From a virus: a stretch of DNA of 64,000 nt. Below the pieces are notes generated by a model, which was not told the DNA's origin, searched no databases, and worked only from the letters and a program-made list of their open reading frames with translations. A program made the translations under genes and the position numbers. Location: the IMG/VR virus record IMGVR_UViG_3300031521_000011, positions 96,001-160,000 of that record. One strand, given 5' to 3'. This document shows positions 41,263 to 50,916 of this stretch, piece after piece. The stretch's first letter is position 1. Every line of letters starts with the position of its first letter.

Positions 41263-41943
41263 TCACTTCTTGATTATTTCGACGTCCTGGATTTTTCCCT
41301 GTATTCCCAGGATTCCCTCCTTTATCGTCTGTGCTCCAAGTATCACACCAGTGATACCGATCCCGGCTACAAGAGCCCCTCCAACCGTCTTAAGAATCGC
41401 CTCGCCCTTACCCATCTTTCTTCCTCCTATTATCATAACTGATTTTACACTTTTGAATCTACGATACTCGTCGGGCGTTATCATCTCAACCGCATCATAG
41501 GCAGTAAGATATGGCTTTACGATCTTATAGAGCTTATCCGTGACCTGATCTACCGGCAATACCTTGTCATCGATGCGAATTTCGATGATAGATGTGAGCC
41601 TTGTATTGTCAAAAATCGAGGATAAGAACTCTATTTCATCGCTATCGAAAAAAATAGATTCCCTCTTTTCATCAAATCGTCTTTGAACCCTGGCTTTCCG
41701 ATGTGGCTCAAATTCACCAACTCTTTTGTCAAACTCCACACAGTTTAAATCTTCAGCGCATTCCAAACTGTATTTTAAATCGAATACTGATTCACTTGCC
41801 GTAGCCCACACATCGCGAAATAACAAAGAAATCCTTGGGTGGATGTACATTGCTATATCGTAATTTTCACTATCTTCCCTCTGCACAGGCACTGCATACG
41901 TGAAGTCTATCAGTATCCTCTCCGCAAAATATGGAACTATCAC
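41263..41943 (-). CDS. Hypothetical protein with nested in-frame small membrane protein (internal ATG 41415)
   Basis: 226 aa; internal AGGAGG RBS before MGKGEAILKTVGGALVAGIG. Confidence 0.6.
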   Translation of the reverse strand: MIVPYFAERILIDFTYAVPVQREDSENYDIAMYIHPRISLLFRDVWATASESVFDLKYSLECAEDLNCVEFDKRVGEFEPHRKARVQRRFDEKRESIFFDSDEIEFLSSIFDNTRLTSIIEIRIDDKVLPVDQVTDKLYKIVKPYLTAYDAVEMITPDEYRRFKSVKSVMIIGGRKMGKGEAILKTVGGALVAGIGITGVILGAQTIKEGILGIQGKIQDVEIIKK

Positions 41944-42000
41944 ACCACTCCTACCCCTTTCCTATGCCAAACAAAGGGGCGGATTAATCCGCCCCACTGC

Positions 42001-42177
42001 TCATTTTTTTGTGATTTTATATTTGCCAAGCCTGGCCATACGCATGACCTCTTCGCCCTCTACCTGGGCGGATTTTCGCGAAAAATCCATTAGGAGCGTC
42101 GCTCCCACGAATGTAATGCCTATCAGGAAAACATTACCTACGTGTTTACCGACTTGCTTGAGAACATCGTTAAACAT
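42001..42177 (-). CDS. Small membrane protein (58 aa, not in ORF track)
   Basis: GGAGGGA RBS; MFNDVLKQVGKHVGNVFLIGITFVGATLLMDF...; hairpin downstream near 41977-41996. Confidence 0.65.
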   Translation of the reverse strand: MFNDVLKQVGKHVGNVFLIGITFVGATLLMDFSRKSAQVEGEEVMRMARLGKYKITKK

Positions 42178-42199
42178 TGTCTGAATCCCTCCTTTGTAC

Positions 42200-42217
42200 T
42201 TTTATTACTTATACCAA
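42200..42217 (-). promoter_or_regulatory. Repeated 18-nt promoter-like motif TTGGTATAAGTAATAAAA (copy 1)
   Basis: Identical copy at 49174-49191, two-mismatch copy at 42499-42516; each lies just upstream of an RBS. Confidence 0.6.
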
Positions 42218-42285
42218 TTTTTTTGGTATTTAAGGTACAAAAAAGAAAAGGAAGGGGAGGGGCCGAAGCCCCTCCCCGTTTGTGA

Positions 42286-42477
42286 TTACTCAGCTGCCGG
42301 AACTGCCGGAACTATGGGCTGGTCTTCCTCGACCACGGGAACCAAGTTGACCCTGTCTTCAACGACAAGGAGGGCGGTTGCACCAACCGCCACTACACCA
42401 GCGCCGATAGCTACGCCCGTTGTGAGTTTGCGGTGTCTCTTGATGGCCAGCAGAATCTTGGCGAAAAAGTTTTCCAT
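42286..42477 (-). CDS. Small membrane protein
   Basis: GGAGG RBS; Gly/Ala/Val-rich TM helix; GC hairpin terminator near 42254-42277. Confidence 0.7.
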   Translation of the reverse strand: MENFFAKILLAIKRHRKLTTGVAIGAGVVAVGATALLVVEDRVNLVPVVEEDQPIVPAVPAAE

Positions 42478-42547
42478 GTGTCAATACCTCCAGGTTTATT
42501 TTATATCTTATACCAACGATATGGAAATATATGAAATTATTGATGCC

Positions 42548-45500
42548 TCAGAATAACGTCGATAATGAGGCTGCGGAACTGGGTTTTTCTACTTTGGTGA
42601 TTTCGCTGGAGCTTCCGTCGTTGACAAAGTCCTTGATATAGAACCTGTAAAAATTAACTCTAGGATGCTCATTCCCGTTATTCTCCTTTATCAGGTCATC
42701 ATTCTTAAGCTGAATCACCTTCCTGACTGGCGGCGGGGTATTGAATGCGAGCTGCACCCATTTCGTTACGTTGCGTGGGTAGATTCTTTCACCGGTCATA
42801 TGTTCCTCTATGAAGCACTTGAGGTGAATCAGATTGATATCAAACCAACCTTCTTTCTCGTTGTACTCTATGGGTTCCTGGTACTTATGGTTAAGTGGCA
42901 TAGTATATGACCTGTCCTTGTAAGAAATCCTGCCAATAAATTCATAGGCTATCTGTGTTACCACAAATTTCATGATGCCTTCTGGGGTTGAATCGTCTGC
43001 AGTCCTTCTCGCACCCACTATGATTGTGTCGTGATACTCTGTCAAAGCGGCCTCGTATGGACCATTGATTTCATCATATTTCATATTCGGATCACTGACT
43101 TTACCAGTAATGAAAGCATCTACGAACCGGGCAACGGTCAGTAGAGGATTAATCAACTGAGAGGCTCTGGGTGAATTTGTTTTGATTTTGTCGACTTTGC
43201 TGTCAAAAATATCATGCAGCAGTTTAAAATGAGTCAAGGCCGAAATGCAGCACCGGCTGGTGAGATTGCGCATGATATCCATTCGTTCGCTGACATATGT
43301 CTTAGGGTCTTCCATCGATATGCCATCATCTGGCTTTATGCGATAGCTCTTGACCTCAATGCACCTGTCTCCGATGATGTCCTCAATACCCAAAATGTTT
43401 AGGATAATCTTCGGCCCATACGGACAGAATGATTCTGTGAGATTGAGTTCAGTGTTGAACCGATAGACCAATCCGGCCTTTGTGTATCCGCCTTTAAGAA
43501 CGGAGGCCATAACCGAATCCGCCGCCTTGGTTCGAGATGTAAGATTCTCCATTTCATCCAGAATCATTGTGCCGCCTTCAACGGCAATTAGGCGGAATAG
43601 GCTGGCGTCAGTGATATTGATGGCGTGCTTTGCATCGAAAGCGAGTAGATACAGAACAGTGCCCAGTGTGGATTTTCCAGAACCCTTTTCACCATTAAGG
43701 TACAGATATGGGTATTCCATGAAAAGGTCATAGAAGTACGTCCCATAGATATACAAAGCCAGCAGTTTATAGGTGAGCGTATCTTTGGAGAAATAGAATT
43801 TCCGAACCCAGCTCTCGATTTCCCTGATGATATTGCCGGGATCAAGCTGGTCATTCGTAAGCCCCTTATTCTTCCATTGATCCACCACAGATTGCCACAA
43901 GCTACACTCATGGGAGTCCATGATTGGCGCTGGCACTTCTTCACGAAGCTCATACTTGTTATCCACCAGCAGCATACATTGAGGGTCTTTCCGTTTCAGG
44001 AGGTCGAGCCGAATTTCTATTCCATCATTACGAAGCAGGTATGGGATTCGCCGACACACATCTCCGTCACGCATTTCGCGTGTGAAGTACATGTAGGCAT
44101 CGCCATTCCTCGTGTTGAAATATTGAGATATCTTCATCTTAGGGATGTACTCCAGGTTTCCAATGACAGCGTCATTTTGCATGTCATTTAGTTCTTTTAG
44201 AATATTGTCAAAGACGTCATTGCTGAACTTTCTCTTCAGCTTATCCACAAGGTTATTCGTATCAGTCCCCTTTGATCGGAAGAGATATCCAGCCAGCAGT
44301 TTCAGAACCTCGGTTTTATGGGTTGTGAATGCATACACCTCTATCAATTCATCAAATGTATGCTTATCAAGATCCTTATTGAAGAACCTATCAATCTCCT
44401 CACCGAGGTAATAATGGAACGGCTTTATTTTGTTTTTACACCGACTCAGTATTTGATTCGGATTTTGTTCCTCGATGCGTTCCTTGCCATTCTCATCCAC
44501 CAGGAAAAACTCCATCTTCCCGATTACTTCCAGATTCCTATCACGGTCCTTGATCTCGAAGTTGAGTATCTTGTGGCGATTTTTTACAGACCAGTTATTC
44601 ACGCCGTCTCTGACGATGTGGAAGTTCTCCGTTAGAACAAACGGAGCTATCTTCATTAATTCGGTTACCGGCTTCGCATCGGAATTGTCGCGGTAATAGT
44701 CGTCAATGTCGTTGAAGACTTCACCAAAGTCCAACTTTCGGACATCTTTATGTGGAAACCTTTCCTGTATCATCCTGTAGTATTTCCGGCCAGAATCGTC
44801 ATTGTCGGTGGCCACAAAAATCTGAGCATCAACCTTCTCTAAACCATCAAGCTGATTCTCTCCCTCTTCACGGACCATGCCGCCAAGCCAGATGACATTC
44901 TCCCAGCCGTTCTCAAATATAGACTCTGCATCGTTCTCACCCTCAACGACAACCGTTGATTTCTTGAAGGAATAGCCCGGAGCATAACCCAGAACTTTTG
45001 CGCCGGTAGAGTAACCCGGGGTGGGGGTTGTCTCGTTTGGCATACAAGCGCCGAATGGATTCTTGATATTGAACCTCATTACATCGCCGGTGGACGGATG
45101 GAAATACGGATACACGTAGGACCCCTGCGGGAACCATACCTTTGCTTCCTTAATTTCATCCTTTGTATACCCATCTTTTTCCAAGATGTTGATGAGGCCC
45201 ATATAGTCCACAGAAAACATAACCCTGAATTTAATCAGGGTTTCCTGCTTATGTTTTCTGACCTTGAGCTGATACTCAAGGGGTGTGTATTTTCGGTCTC
45301 GTCCCTTCACCTCTACTTTATACAGCTCCTCCATCGTCAGAAGCTTATTGTGATAGAAATCGACAGCCCTCATCCGCATATCTTGGATTCGGATACTATG
45401 CTCTGCTGCCTTGATCTCCTCTTCCGTACCAACCACAGGATATGGTATACCACTCCATTTTTCGAGATCGCGGATGATTTCATGACGAGTCTTGCGCAGT

Positions 45501-45751
45501 TTTTCACGCCCATAATTGATGTATGACGTGATGTGTGTGCCATGCCATCCGCATCCACCGGAAAAACAATTAACGTTATTAAGATTACCAACTGTTGCGC
45601 AGTCACTATGCCCGCACATTGGGCACGGCTCAAGTCTATATCCGTTCCCAACAGGCACAACTTTAATGCCGCCATACATAACATTGTAAAAATCCTCGAC
45701 GGAGCCATTGATTTTACCGGCGACGATATCATACCAGCCTAGTCTGTCCAC
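42548..45751 (-). CDS. DNA primase (Zn finger + TOPRIM) fused to P-loop ATPase/helicase domain
   Basis: CPMCGHSDC...CFSGGC Zn finger, VVEGENDA and ATDNDDSG TOPRIM, GEKGSGKST Walker A, MILDEME Walker B. Confidence 0.85.
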   Translation of the reverse strand: MDRLGWYDIVAGKINGSVEDFYNVMYGGIKVVPVGNGYRLEPCPMCGHSDCATVGNLNNVNCFSGGCGWHGTHITSYINYGREKLRKTRHEIIRDLEKWSGIPYPVVGTEEEIKAAEHSIRIQDMRMRAVDFYHNKLLTMEELYKVEVKGRDRKYTPLEYQLKVRKHKQETLIKFRVMFSVDYMGLINILEKDGYTKDEIKEAKVWFPQGSYVYPYFHPSTGDVMRFNIKNPFGACMPNETTPTPGYSTGAKVLGYAPGYSFKKSTVVVEGENDAESIFENGWENVIWLGGMVREEGENQLDGLEKVDAQIFVATDNDDSGRKYYRMIQERFPHKDVRKLDFGEVFNDIDDYYRDNSDAKPVTELMKIAPFVLTENFHIVRDGVNNWSVKNRHKILNFEIKDRDRNLEVIGKMEFFLVDENGKERIEEQNPNQILSRCKNKIKPFHYYLGEEIDRFFNKDLDKHTFDELIEVYAFTTHKTEVLKLLAGYLFRSKGTDTNNLVDKLKRKFSNDVFDNILKELNDMQNDAVIGNLEYIPKMKISQYFNTRNGDAYMYFTREMRDGDVCRRIPYLLRNDGIEIRLDLLKRKDPQCMLLVDNKYELREEVPAPIMDSHECSLWQSVVDQWKNKGLTNDQLDPGNIIREIESWVRKFYFSKDTLTYKLLALYIYGTYFYDLFMEYPYLYLNGEKGSGKSTLGTVLYLLAFDAKHAINITDASLFRLIAVEGGTMILDEMENLTSRTKAADSVMASVLKGGYTKAGLVYRFNTELNLTESFCPYGPKIILNILGIEDIIGDRCIEVKSYRIKPDDGISMEDPKTYVSERMDIMRNLTSRCCISALTHFKLLHDIFDSKVDKIKTNSPRASQLINPLLTVARFVDAFITGKVSDPNMKYDEINGPYEAALTEYHDTIIVGARRTADDSTPEGIMKFVVTQIAYEFIGRISYKDRSYTMPLNHKYQEPIEYNEKEGWFDINLIHLKCFIEEHMTGERIYPRNVTKWVQLAFNTPPPVRKVIQLKNDDLIKENNGNEHPRVNFYRFYIKDFVNDGSSSEITKVEKPSSAASLSTLF

Positions 45752-45884
45752 CGTACCCCTTCTTTCCTCGTTTGGCGAGTGTTCCTATTGTAGCACCTTT
45801 TTTAGGTAAAATAAATACAAACTCCTCCTCATTATGAGTAGGGTTTTATCCCTTATTCAGCTCGCCCCTGACATTTTTTTCCTG

Positions 45885-46736
45885 CTAAAAGACGATGGTA
45901 TATGGCTGAACGATTAAGCCAAGGGCTACAGAAATATCTCCGTTGGTCCACCCTGTAGTTGGATCATACATCTTCATCGTCACAGATCCTGGATTATCCG
46001 GATCCGTGACAGTATTATAATGCATGGAGACAAAATCGCTTTGACCCTCGAATGCAGCCATCAACTCATACAGATAAAAGCTTTGCAATAGTATCGGTTC
46101 CTTGTCGTTAAGGGAAGGATTCATGATATTCTTTGCTGGCAGTATTAACTTTATAGCGAATGATCGTTCTTTTTCCTTTGCTTCTTTGGTCATATTGTAG
46201 AATTTGAATTCCAGACTCATATTGGATATGTCTGGAATTATTGCCACAAATTTCCGCATTTTCTCCGCCCAGCTATTTTTGAAGATTAAATCCATCTGAT
46301 CAATGAACTCCTTACGGTTAAAGACAAACATCTGGTCCTTCCAGTCCATAAAAAATCCATGGAACATATGGATATTGAGTCGTTCCGGCTGGGTGAAGGT
46401 TACGGTATCCCAAAGATCATCTTCATATCTGTAAAAAATATGAGTTAATCCGCCGGCAGCTTTCTCCCTGGAGATTACTTGCAGCAGAACATCTTCAGAT
46501 TGCGTGATGCTTTCACCCTTCAGCTCGAAGAGTACCGTGCCGCCCGGCTGCCGGTCCGGTATCCTGACCCGTATAAAGAAGTGGCCGTTGGTGGCATAGG
46601 CCCATTGGCCTGCGAATACGACCCCACAAAGGTCGTATTCGTCTGTATTCTTGAAAAATCCGTATCCCTTCACCCGGCGCTGAATATCGCTGATAAAACT
46701 AAGATGCCTGACGACATCAGACTTTGCATTGAACAT
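45885..46736 (-). CDS. Hypothetical protein, possible divergent beta sliding clamp
   Basis: LCGVVF...YATNGHFFIRV, FNRKEFI and YLYELMAAF resemble DnaN middle/C-terminal motifs. Confidence 0.4.
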   Translation of the reverse strand: MFNAKSDVVRHLSFISDIQRRVKGYGFFKNTDEYDLCGVVFAGQWAYATNGHFFIRVRIPDRQPGGTVLFELKGESITQSEDVLLQVISREKAAGGLTHIFYRYEDDLWDTVTFTQPERLNIHMFHGFFMDWKDQMFVFNRKEFIDQMDLIFKNSWAEKMRKFVAIIPDISNMSLEFKFYNMTKEAKEKERSFAIKLILPAKNIMNPSLNDKEPILLQSFYLYELMAAFEGQSDFVSMHYNTVTDPDNPGSVTMKMYDPTTGWTNGDISVALGLIVQPYTIVF

Positions 46737-47005
46737 TACATTCCCTCCGTCAATTTTATTTGGGCAGCATTATAGATTTCATTCTCGTAGGCATATGCGA
46801 ATTTATTTGCATCCAAGTATTTGATGATTTCGTCAATGCTGACATCATCCTTTTTCATTTCATAGAGAATATCGTAGCATTTTGCTATAATATCCCCTAC
46901 GATTTCACTATAGAGGAGACGGACATTGACAATAACACCATGCTTTCTTATAAGTCTGGACATGGTTTCTGTTACGATTTTCTCGAAATCCTGAGTGCGT
47001 ATCAA
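46736..47005 (-). CDS. Hypothetical protein
   Basis: 89-aa ORF translationally coupled to neighbours. Confidence 0.6.
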   Translation of the reverse strand: MIRTQDFEKIVTETMSRLIRKHGVIVNVRLLYSEIVGDIIAKCYDILYEMKKDDVSIDEIIKYLDANKFAYAYENEIYNAAQIKLTEGM

Positions 47006-47298
47006 TGTATCCGTCTCCTTTCTTCAAATAAAGATATTTGCGATGAGTTAACAATCCGACCATCCTCATCTCGCTGATACGTGAACCTATATGAGTCCAA
47101 TGTGGACTCTATATTACTGGGGGAGACCTCCTCCATCAGTATTGCGCATTCATAGTCGGACGCTTCAAAGTCTAATCCCTTGCTGTAGATATAGGAGCAT
47201 ACCAGTATCTGGGCACACTCCATCACCACGCTTACCTTCGGTATCCTGCCTTCCAGTTCCCAAGCCTCTCGATATGCAGACACCAATATCTCATCCAC
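47002..47298 (-). CDS. Hypothetical protein with C-terminal QISLF clamp-binding-like motif
   Basis: 98 aa, overlapping stop/start with neighbours. Confidence 0.6.
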   Translation of the reverse strand: MDEILVSAYREAWELEGRIPKVSVVMECAQILVCSYIYSKGLDFEASDYECAILMEEVSPSNIESTLDSYRFTYQRDEDGRIVNSSQISLFEERRRIH

Positions 47299-47956
47299 TC
47301 TTGGACAACTCCATTCGATCTACGCTTAATATGTTGCTGTATGGCATTTCTATCAGCAGGGTCTGTGCTGCATTATCCACATATTCCTCTGTAAAAACAT
47401 TCATCTTAATTCCATCGATGGCCACCGTCTTACACTCGAATCTCAGATAACATAATTTATGGTAATCAAGGACATCCTGTATAGAGCACTCCATTGCGCC
47501 ACCCATGGAGGAATACATCTCCGTCAGCATTTCCTCGTATTCGATGATAAATTCATGAACGTCTTCAGCTTCAGTTTCGCCTTTAGACAGCGCTTCCTCG
47601 AAGCATACAATAATGGCCTCCATATCCTCTCCAAGCTCAGACATTGCAATATTATGTATTATTTCCTCAAACTTTCCATAGACATCGCAATCCATTTCCT
47701 CGAGAGATGGCGGTTTGAGATCCTGAACATCGTCAAGGATACCTTTCTGTCTCCACAGTGTCTCATAAGACATAATGGTTTCCCTCTCGAACCAATCGTT
47801 GACCCCGCCCCGGCCCAGCTTCCATCCCGGATACGCCATCTGTTGCAGATCCCAAATACATTCTGGATCCAGTGCATCAAACAGCGCATCCGGTACGAGA
47901 GACCACCTTCTTGCGGGTTCGTCAGAACCCGTATTTGCATAATAGTCTCCGCTCAT
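47291..47956 (-). CDS. Hypothetical acidic protein
   Basis: 221-aa ORF within operon. Confidence 0.65.
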   Translation of the reverse strand: MSGDYYANTGSDEPARRWSLVPDALFDALDPECIWDLQQMAYPGWKLGRGGVNDWFERETIMSYETLWRQKGILDDVQDLKPPSLEEMDCDVYGKFEEIIHNIAMSELGEDMEAIIVCFEEALSKGETEAEDVHEFIIEYEEMLTEMYSSMGGAMECSIQDVLDYHKLCYLRFECKTVAIDGIKMNVFTEEYVDNAAQTLLIEMPYSNILSVDRMELSKSG

Positions 47957-48916
47957 TTACCTTACATCCCCCTTGTTCTTTATCCTAAGTGGACCAAGAG
48001 CGATCTGAACGAGCGGATAGGAGTCATCCTCCTTCTTACCAACTAGGAGTATTGGCTTCTCCGGGTCATCATTAATGAACATGTCGATGTAGTTAAATCC
48101 TTTCATTGCCCCTAACACATTGATGAAGACAGAGCAATCCAAATGGATTGGATGAAAATCGTGATCAAGCGGCAGGACAAATGGAATCTGAACCTTATGC
48201 CTGTCTTCATAATGCATCGACTCATACAGCTCTTCATCACTCTCTGGCATAAACCCAGCCGGCGAGATATGCATCAGGAACTCGATACCCTGGAAGAACC
48301 TGGACTTGGCGTTGACGAATGTGATTCCGTTTTTCTCCTCAACGATTCCGCACTGATACACCTTTTCACTTTTCAGGTGCTCTGCAGATAGATCACTATA
48401 CTTATCGAGGAGAAACACCCGGCTGCGGTCACTTGGATGATAGAACCCCATCTGTTCGTGCTCTGGAATGTACTTTGCGATCAGCAATGCCATGCGTGGA
48501 GAGGGCTTTACTGTTGCCCTTACGATTATACGGACCTTTGATCTCTCCAGGTTCGTCTGGAATGCATCTGTAATTGAATTGTAGACGTTACCAACCGGTA
48601 TTCTTATGACCTGGTTGTATTCCACTTTAGCCATTCTGGCCCTGAGCTCATCGGCTGACAGAGGGAACTTGTTCGTTCTCCACATATCATCTTCGATCAC
48701 AAGAAAAGGTTCCTCATTCTTATAAGAGAACCTGCCGAACTCACTCCACCGAGCGATGAAGGACTCTCCCACAGCCCACGCCTCATCGGTAACACGAGTC
48801 CCATCTGAAAATAAGTTGAATAGAATTCCCCAATTCCTTGGATTGCCCTTATTGCAATCAACTGCCAGAGGTGCAAACTCCCCAATGACTTTAATGGTAT
48901 TCTCAGTATAATCCAT
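47957..48916 (-). CDS. Hypothetical protein, possible divergent beta sliding clamp
   Basis: C-terminus IHLDCSVFINVLGAM...IDMFINDDPEKPILL...ALGPLR resembles DnaN C-terminal domain. Confidence 0.4.
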   Translation of the reverse strand: MDYTENTIKVIGEFAPLAVDCNKGNPRNWGILFNLFSDGTRVTDEAWAVGESFIARWSEFGRFSYKNEEPFLVIEDDMWRTNKFPLSADELRARMAKVEYNQVIRIPVGNVYNSITDAFQTNLERSKVRIIVRATVKPSPRMALLIAKYIPEHEQMGFYHPSDRSRVFLLDKYSDLSAEHLKSEKVYQCGIVEEKNGITFVNAKSRFFQGIEFLMHISPAGFMPESDEELYESMHYEDRHKVQIPFVLPLDHDFHPIHLDCSVFINVLGAMKGFNYIDMFINDDPEKPILLVGKKEDDSYPLVQIALGPLRIKNKGDVR

Positions 48917-48970
48917 ATTCTGTCTCCTTTCAGCGCAAAAAAGAACGGCGCCTAAGGCGCCGTTAAAGTT

Positions 48971-49153
48971 TTATTGAAGGTCCGCCGGTGGCGTGCTGTT
49001 GCCGATTTCCCGGGCTGTCTTAGATAACCCTGTGGTTGCTATTGTTGAGATGACAAGGCCACCGATAGTGAGCAGCGCGCCAAACAAGCCTATGCCGGTA
49101 TTCTTCGCAAGACTCTCACTGTTGTTAAATAGTTTTTCCAAAAAATGATCCAT
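48971..49153 (-). CDS. Small membrane protein
   Basis: GGAGGG RBS, GIGLFGALLTIGGLVISTIA TM helix; flanked by hairpins and preceded by the 18-nt motif. Confidence 0.7.
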   Translation of the reverse strand: MDHFLEKLFNNSESLAKNTGIGLFGALLTIGGLVISTIATTGLSKTAREIGNSTPPADLQ

Positions 49154-49302
49154 AATTTTCCCTCCTTGAATTGTTTTATTACTTATACCAAAAATAGAGT
49201 GAAAAAAAAGAGGCCCGTTAGGGCCTCATTCTGTTGCACATCTTCTCGAAGGCAAAGAAAGCAAATGCAAGGAATCTTTTCATAAACAATGTAAGCAGTG
49301 AT

Positions 49303-49821
49303 TCATCTTTTGGCACGTTGCTCAACCTCCCCAAACAAGTCTTGATTCTTATCTGAGGAGATGAATTCAATGTTTCCAATACTGACATCGAAGGTTTTCA
49401 TGGCCAGCCTTACCGCCCACAATTCTTCCACCGTGAGCTCCAGGCGCTCTTCACCTTTAATGGTGTGCCATGGAACAACATAAACTTCTTGAGATGACTG
49501 CTCCTCTTCCAGGCTGTTTAGCCTATGGTCCGCAGTTTTTATTTTGAAGGCGACTCTGGCGACTTTTGCCTCAAGAATAGATACAATTCTCTGCTCAAGC
49601 AAATCAATCTCATCATCGATTCTTGAAATCTCATCAATGATTTCCCGCATAAGCTGAAGCCCTCTGCCATAGTCTTCATGACTCTGCTGATCAGAAAAGA
49701 AGACTTTGCCTTTAAAATTGCGTGCTACATATTCCTGACGCTGCATCCTAAGCCTATTTTTCTCTATGATAGCGTTTTTGACTTCGTCAATGAATTTAGG
49801 AATGCGATAGGTATCACTCAT
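49303..49821 (-). CDS. Hypothetical coiled-coil protein
   Basis: 172 aa with GGAGG RBS. Confidence 0.65.
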   Translation of the reverse strand: MSDTYRIPKFIDEVKNAIIEKNRLRMQRQEYVARNFKGKVFFSDQQSHEDYGRGLQLMREIIDEISRIDDEIDLLEQRIVSILEAKVARVAFKIKTADHRLNSLEEEQSSQEVYVVPWHTIKGEERLELTVEELWAVRLAMKTFDVSIGNIEFISSDKNQDLFGEVEQRAKR

Positions 49822-49844
49822 TTAGCGCCTCCTGGAGGGGTCAG

Positions 49845-50156
49845 TTAAACTGACCCCTTTGGATTATCGTAGATGGAGCCTTTTGGCTCCTCTTTGGCCT
49901 GTACTTCAGGATCCAAAATGCATTCATCGCAAGGGAATACATAGTATCCATTTTCAGACTTGACCTTGGCGGCCATAATGCACCGGTTGTTGCCGCACAA
50001 CATATGAGGACAGTCGAGCGGCGGACCGAATTTCTCACAGTCAAACAGTAGTCCATTACTTCCAGTATACCTCATTGGCGTTGCTGGACATATTTCCATC
50101 TTCTCCCTGTTACATCCCGGGCACTTCACGCGTCTTTTGCCTTTGATTGTCTCCAT
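49845..50156 (-). CDS. Small Cys-rich (Zn-binding) protein
   Basis: CPGC, CDEC and other Cys; GGAGG RBS. Confidence 0.6.
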   Translation of the reverse strand: METIKGKRRVKCPGCNREKMEICPATPMRYTGSNGLLFDCEKFGPPLDCPHMLCGNNRCIMAAKVKSENGYYVFPCDECILDPEVQAKEEPKGSIYDNPKGSV

Positions 50157-50159
50157 AGT

Positions 50160-50867
50160 TCAGCCTCCATTTTTCGTTGTTGCGATTTTACTGACACCAT
50201 TTTCAATCTTGATCTCGATGCGCTTATCGGCGCTTTGAGCCATGTAGTATGAGTGGGTGACCATGATGATCTGCCGGTCAAGCTGCCTGGAAATCGCCTT
50301 AATGAATTCCGAGAAGGCAACGATGAAATCCTCGCTGACATGCTTGCCCGGTTCATCCAATATGATTGGTCCGTTGATTGGCGGGTCCACAGCCTCTATC
50401 ATGGCTATCCTGAGGGCCATACTCACGATATCCACGACTCCGCCGCCTCTTGAGTCTTGCGGTCTGTTCCTTATCTCCTGCCCGTTCTCGATGTTGACGA
50501 TGTAAATTTCTGCCTCGGGCCGCCTTCTGGTGTCAGTTTGAAATGCTTTCTTTTCATCATCTCCCCGGCGGATATCCTTCAGGTCAACTTCGAGGCGGAA
50601 ATCCGGTCCCATAATAAATTGCAGGGCAGATGTGCCGATGGATTCGATCTGCTTACAACTCTGGCGCCTCTGATAGTCGCTTGTCTTCTGCAGTAGAATA
50701 TTGGTTTGCCGAAGAACATCTGAATACTCAATTTGAGCCTGTAATTCGATTTGCTTCTCTGCCAAATCGTTTTCTATCGTGCTCTTCAGGCTCTTCTTGA
50801 TTTCATAGTTGGTTCTGGCTTTGTAAAGGGCATCTCCCAATGCCTGCATCTGAGTACTGGAAAACAT
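50160..50867 (-). CDS. Rad50/SbcC-like ATPase, C-terminal half
   Basis: Coiled coil, signature SRGGG, Walker B ILDEP, H-loop MVTH; no Walker A. Confidence 0.8.
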   Translation of the reverse strand: MFSSTQMQALGDALYKARTNYEIKKSLKSTIENDLAEKQIELQAQIEYSDVLRQTNILLQKTSDYQRRQSCKQIESIGTSALQFIMGPDFRLEVDLKDIRRGDDEKKAFQTDTRRRPEAEIYIVNIENGQEIRNRPQDSRGGGVVDIVSMALRIAMIEAVDPPINGPIILDEPGKHVSEDFIVAFSEFIKAISRQLDRQIIMVTHSYYMAQSADKRIEIKIENGVSKIATTKNGG

Positions 50868-50916
50868 TGGCGTCACTCCTTTGTGGCGGGGGATTCGCTC
50901 CCCCGCCAGCCTATAA

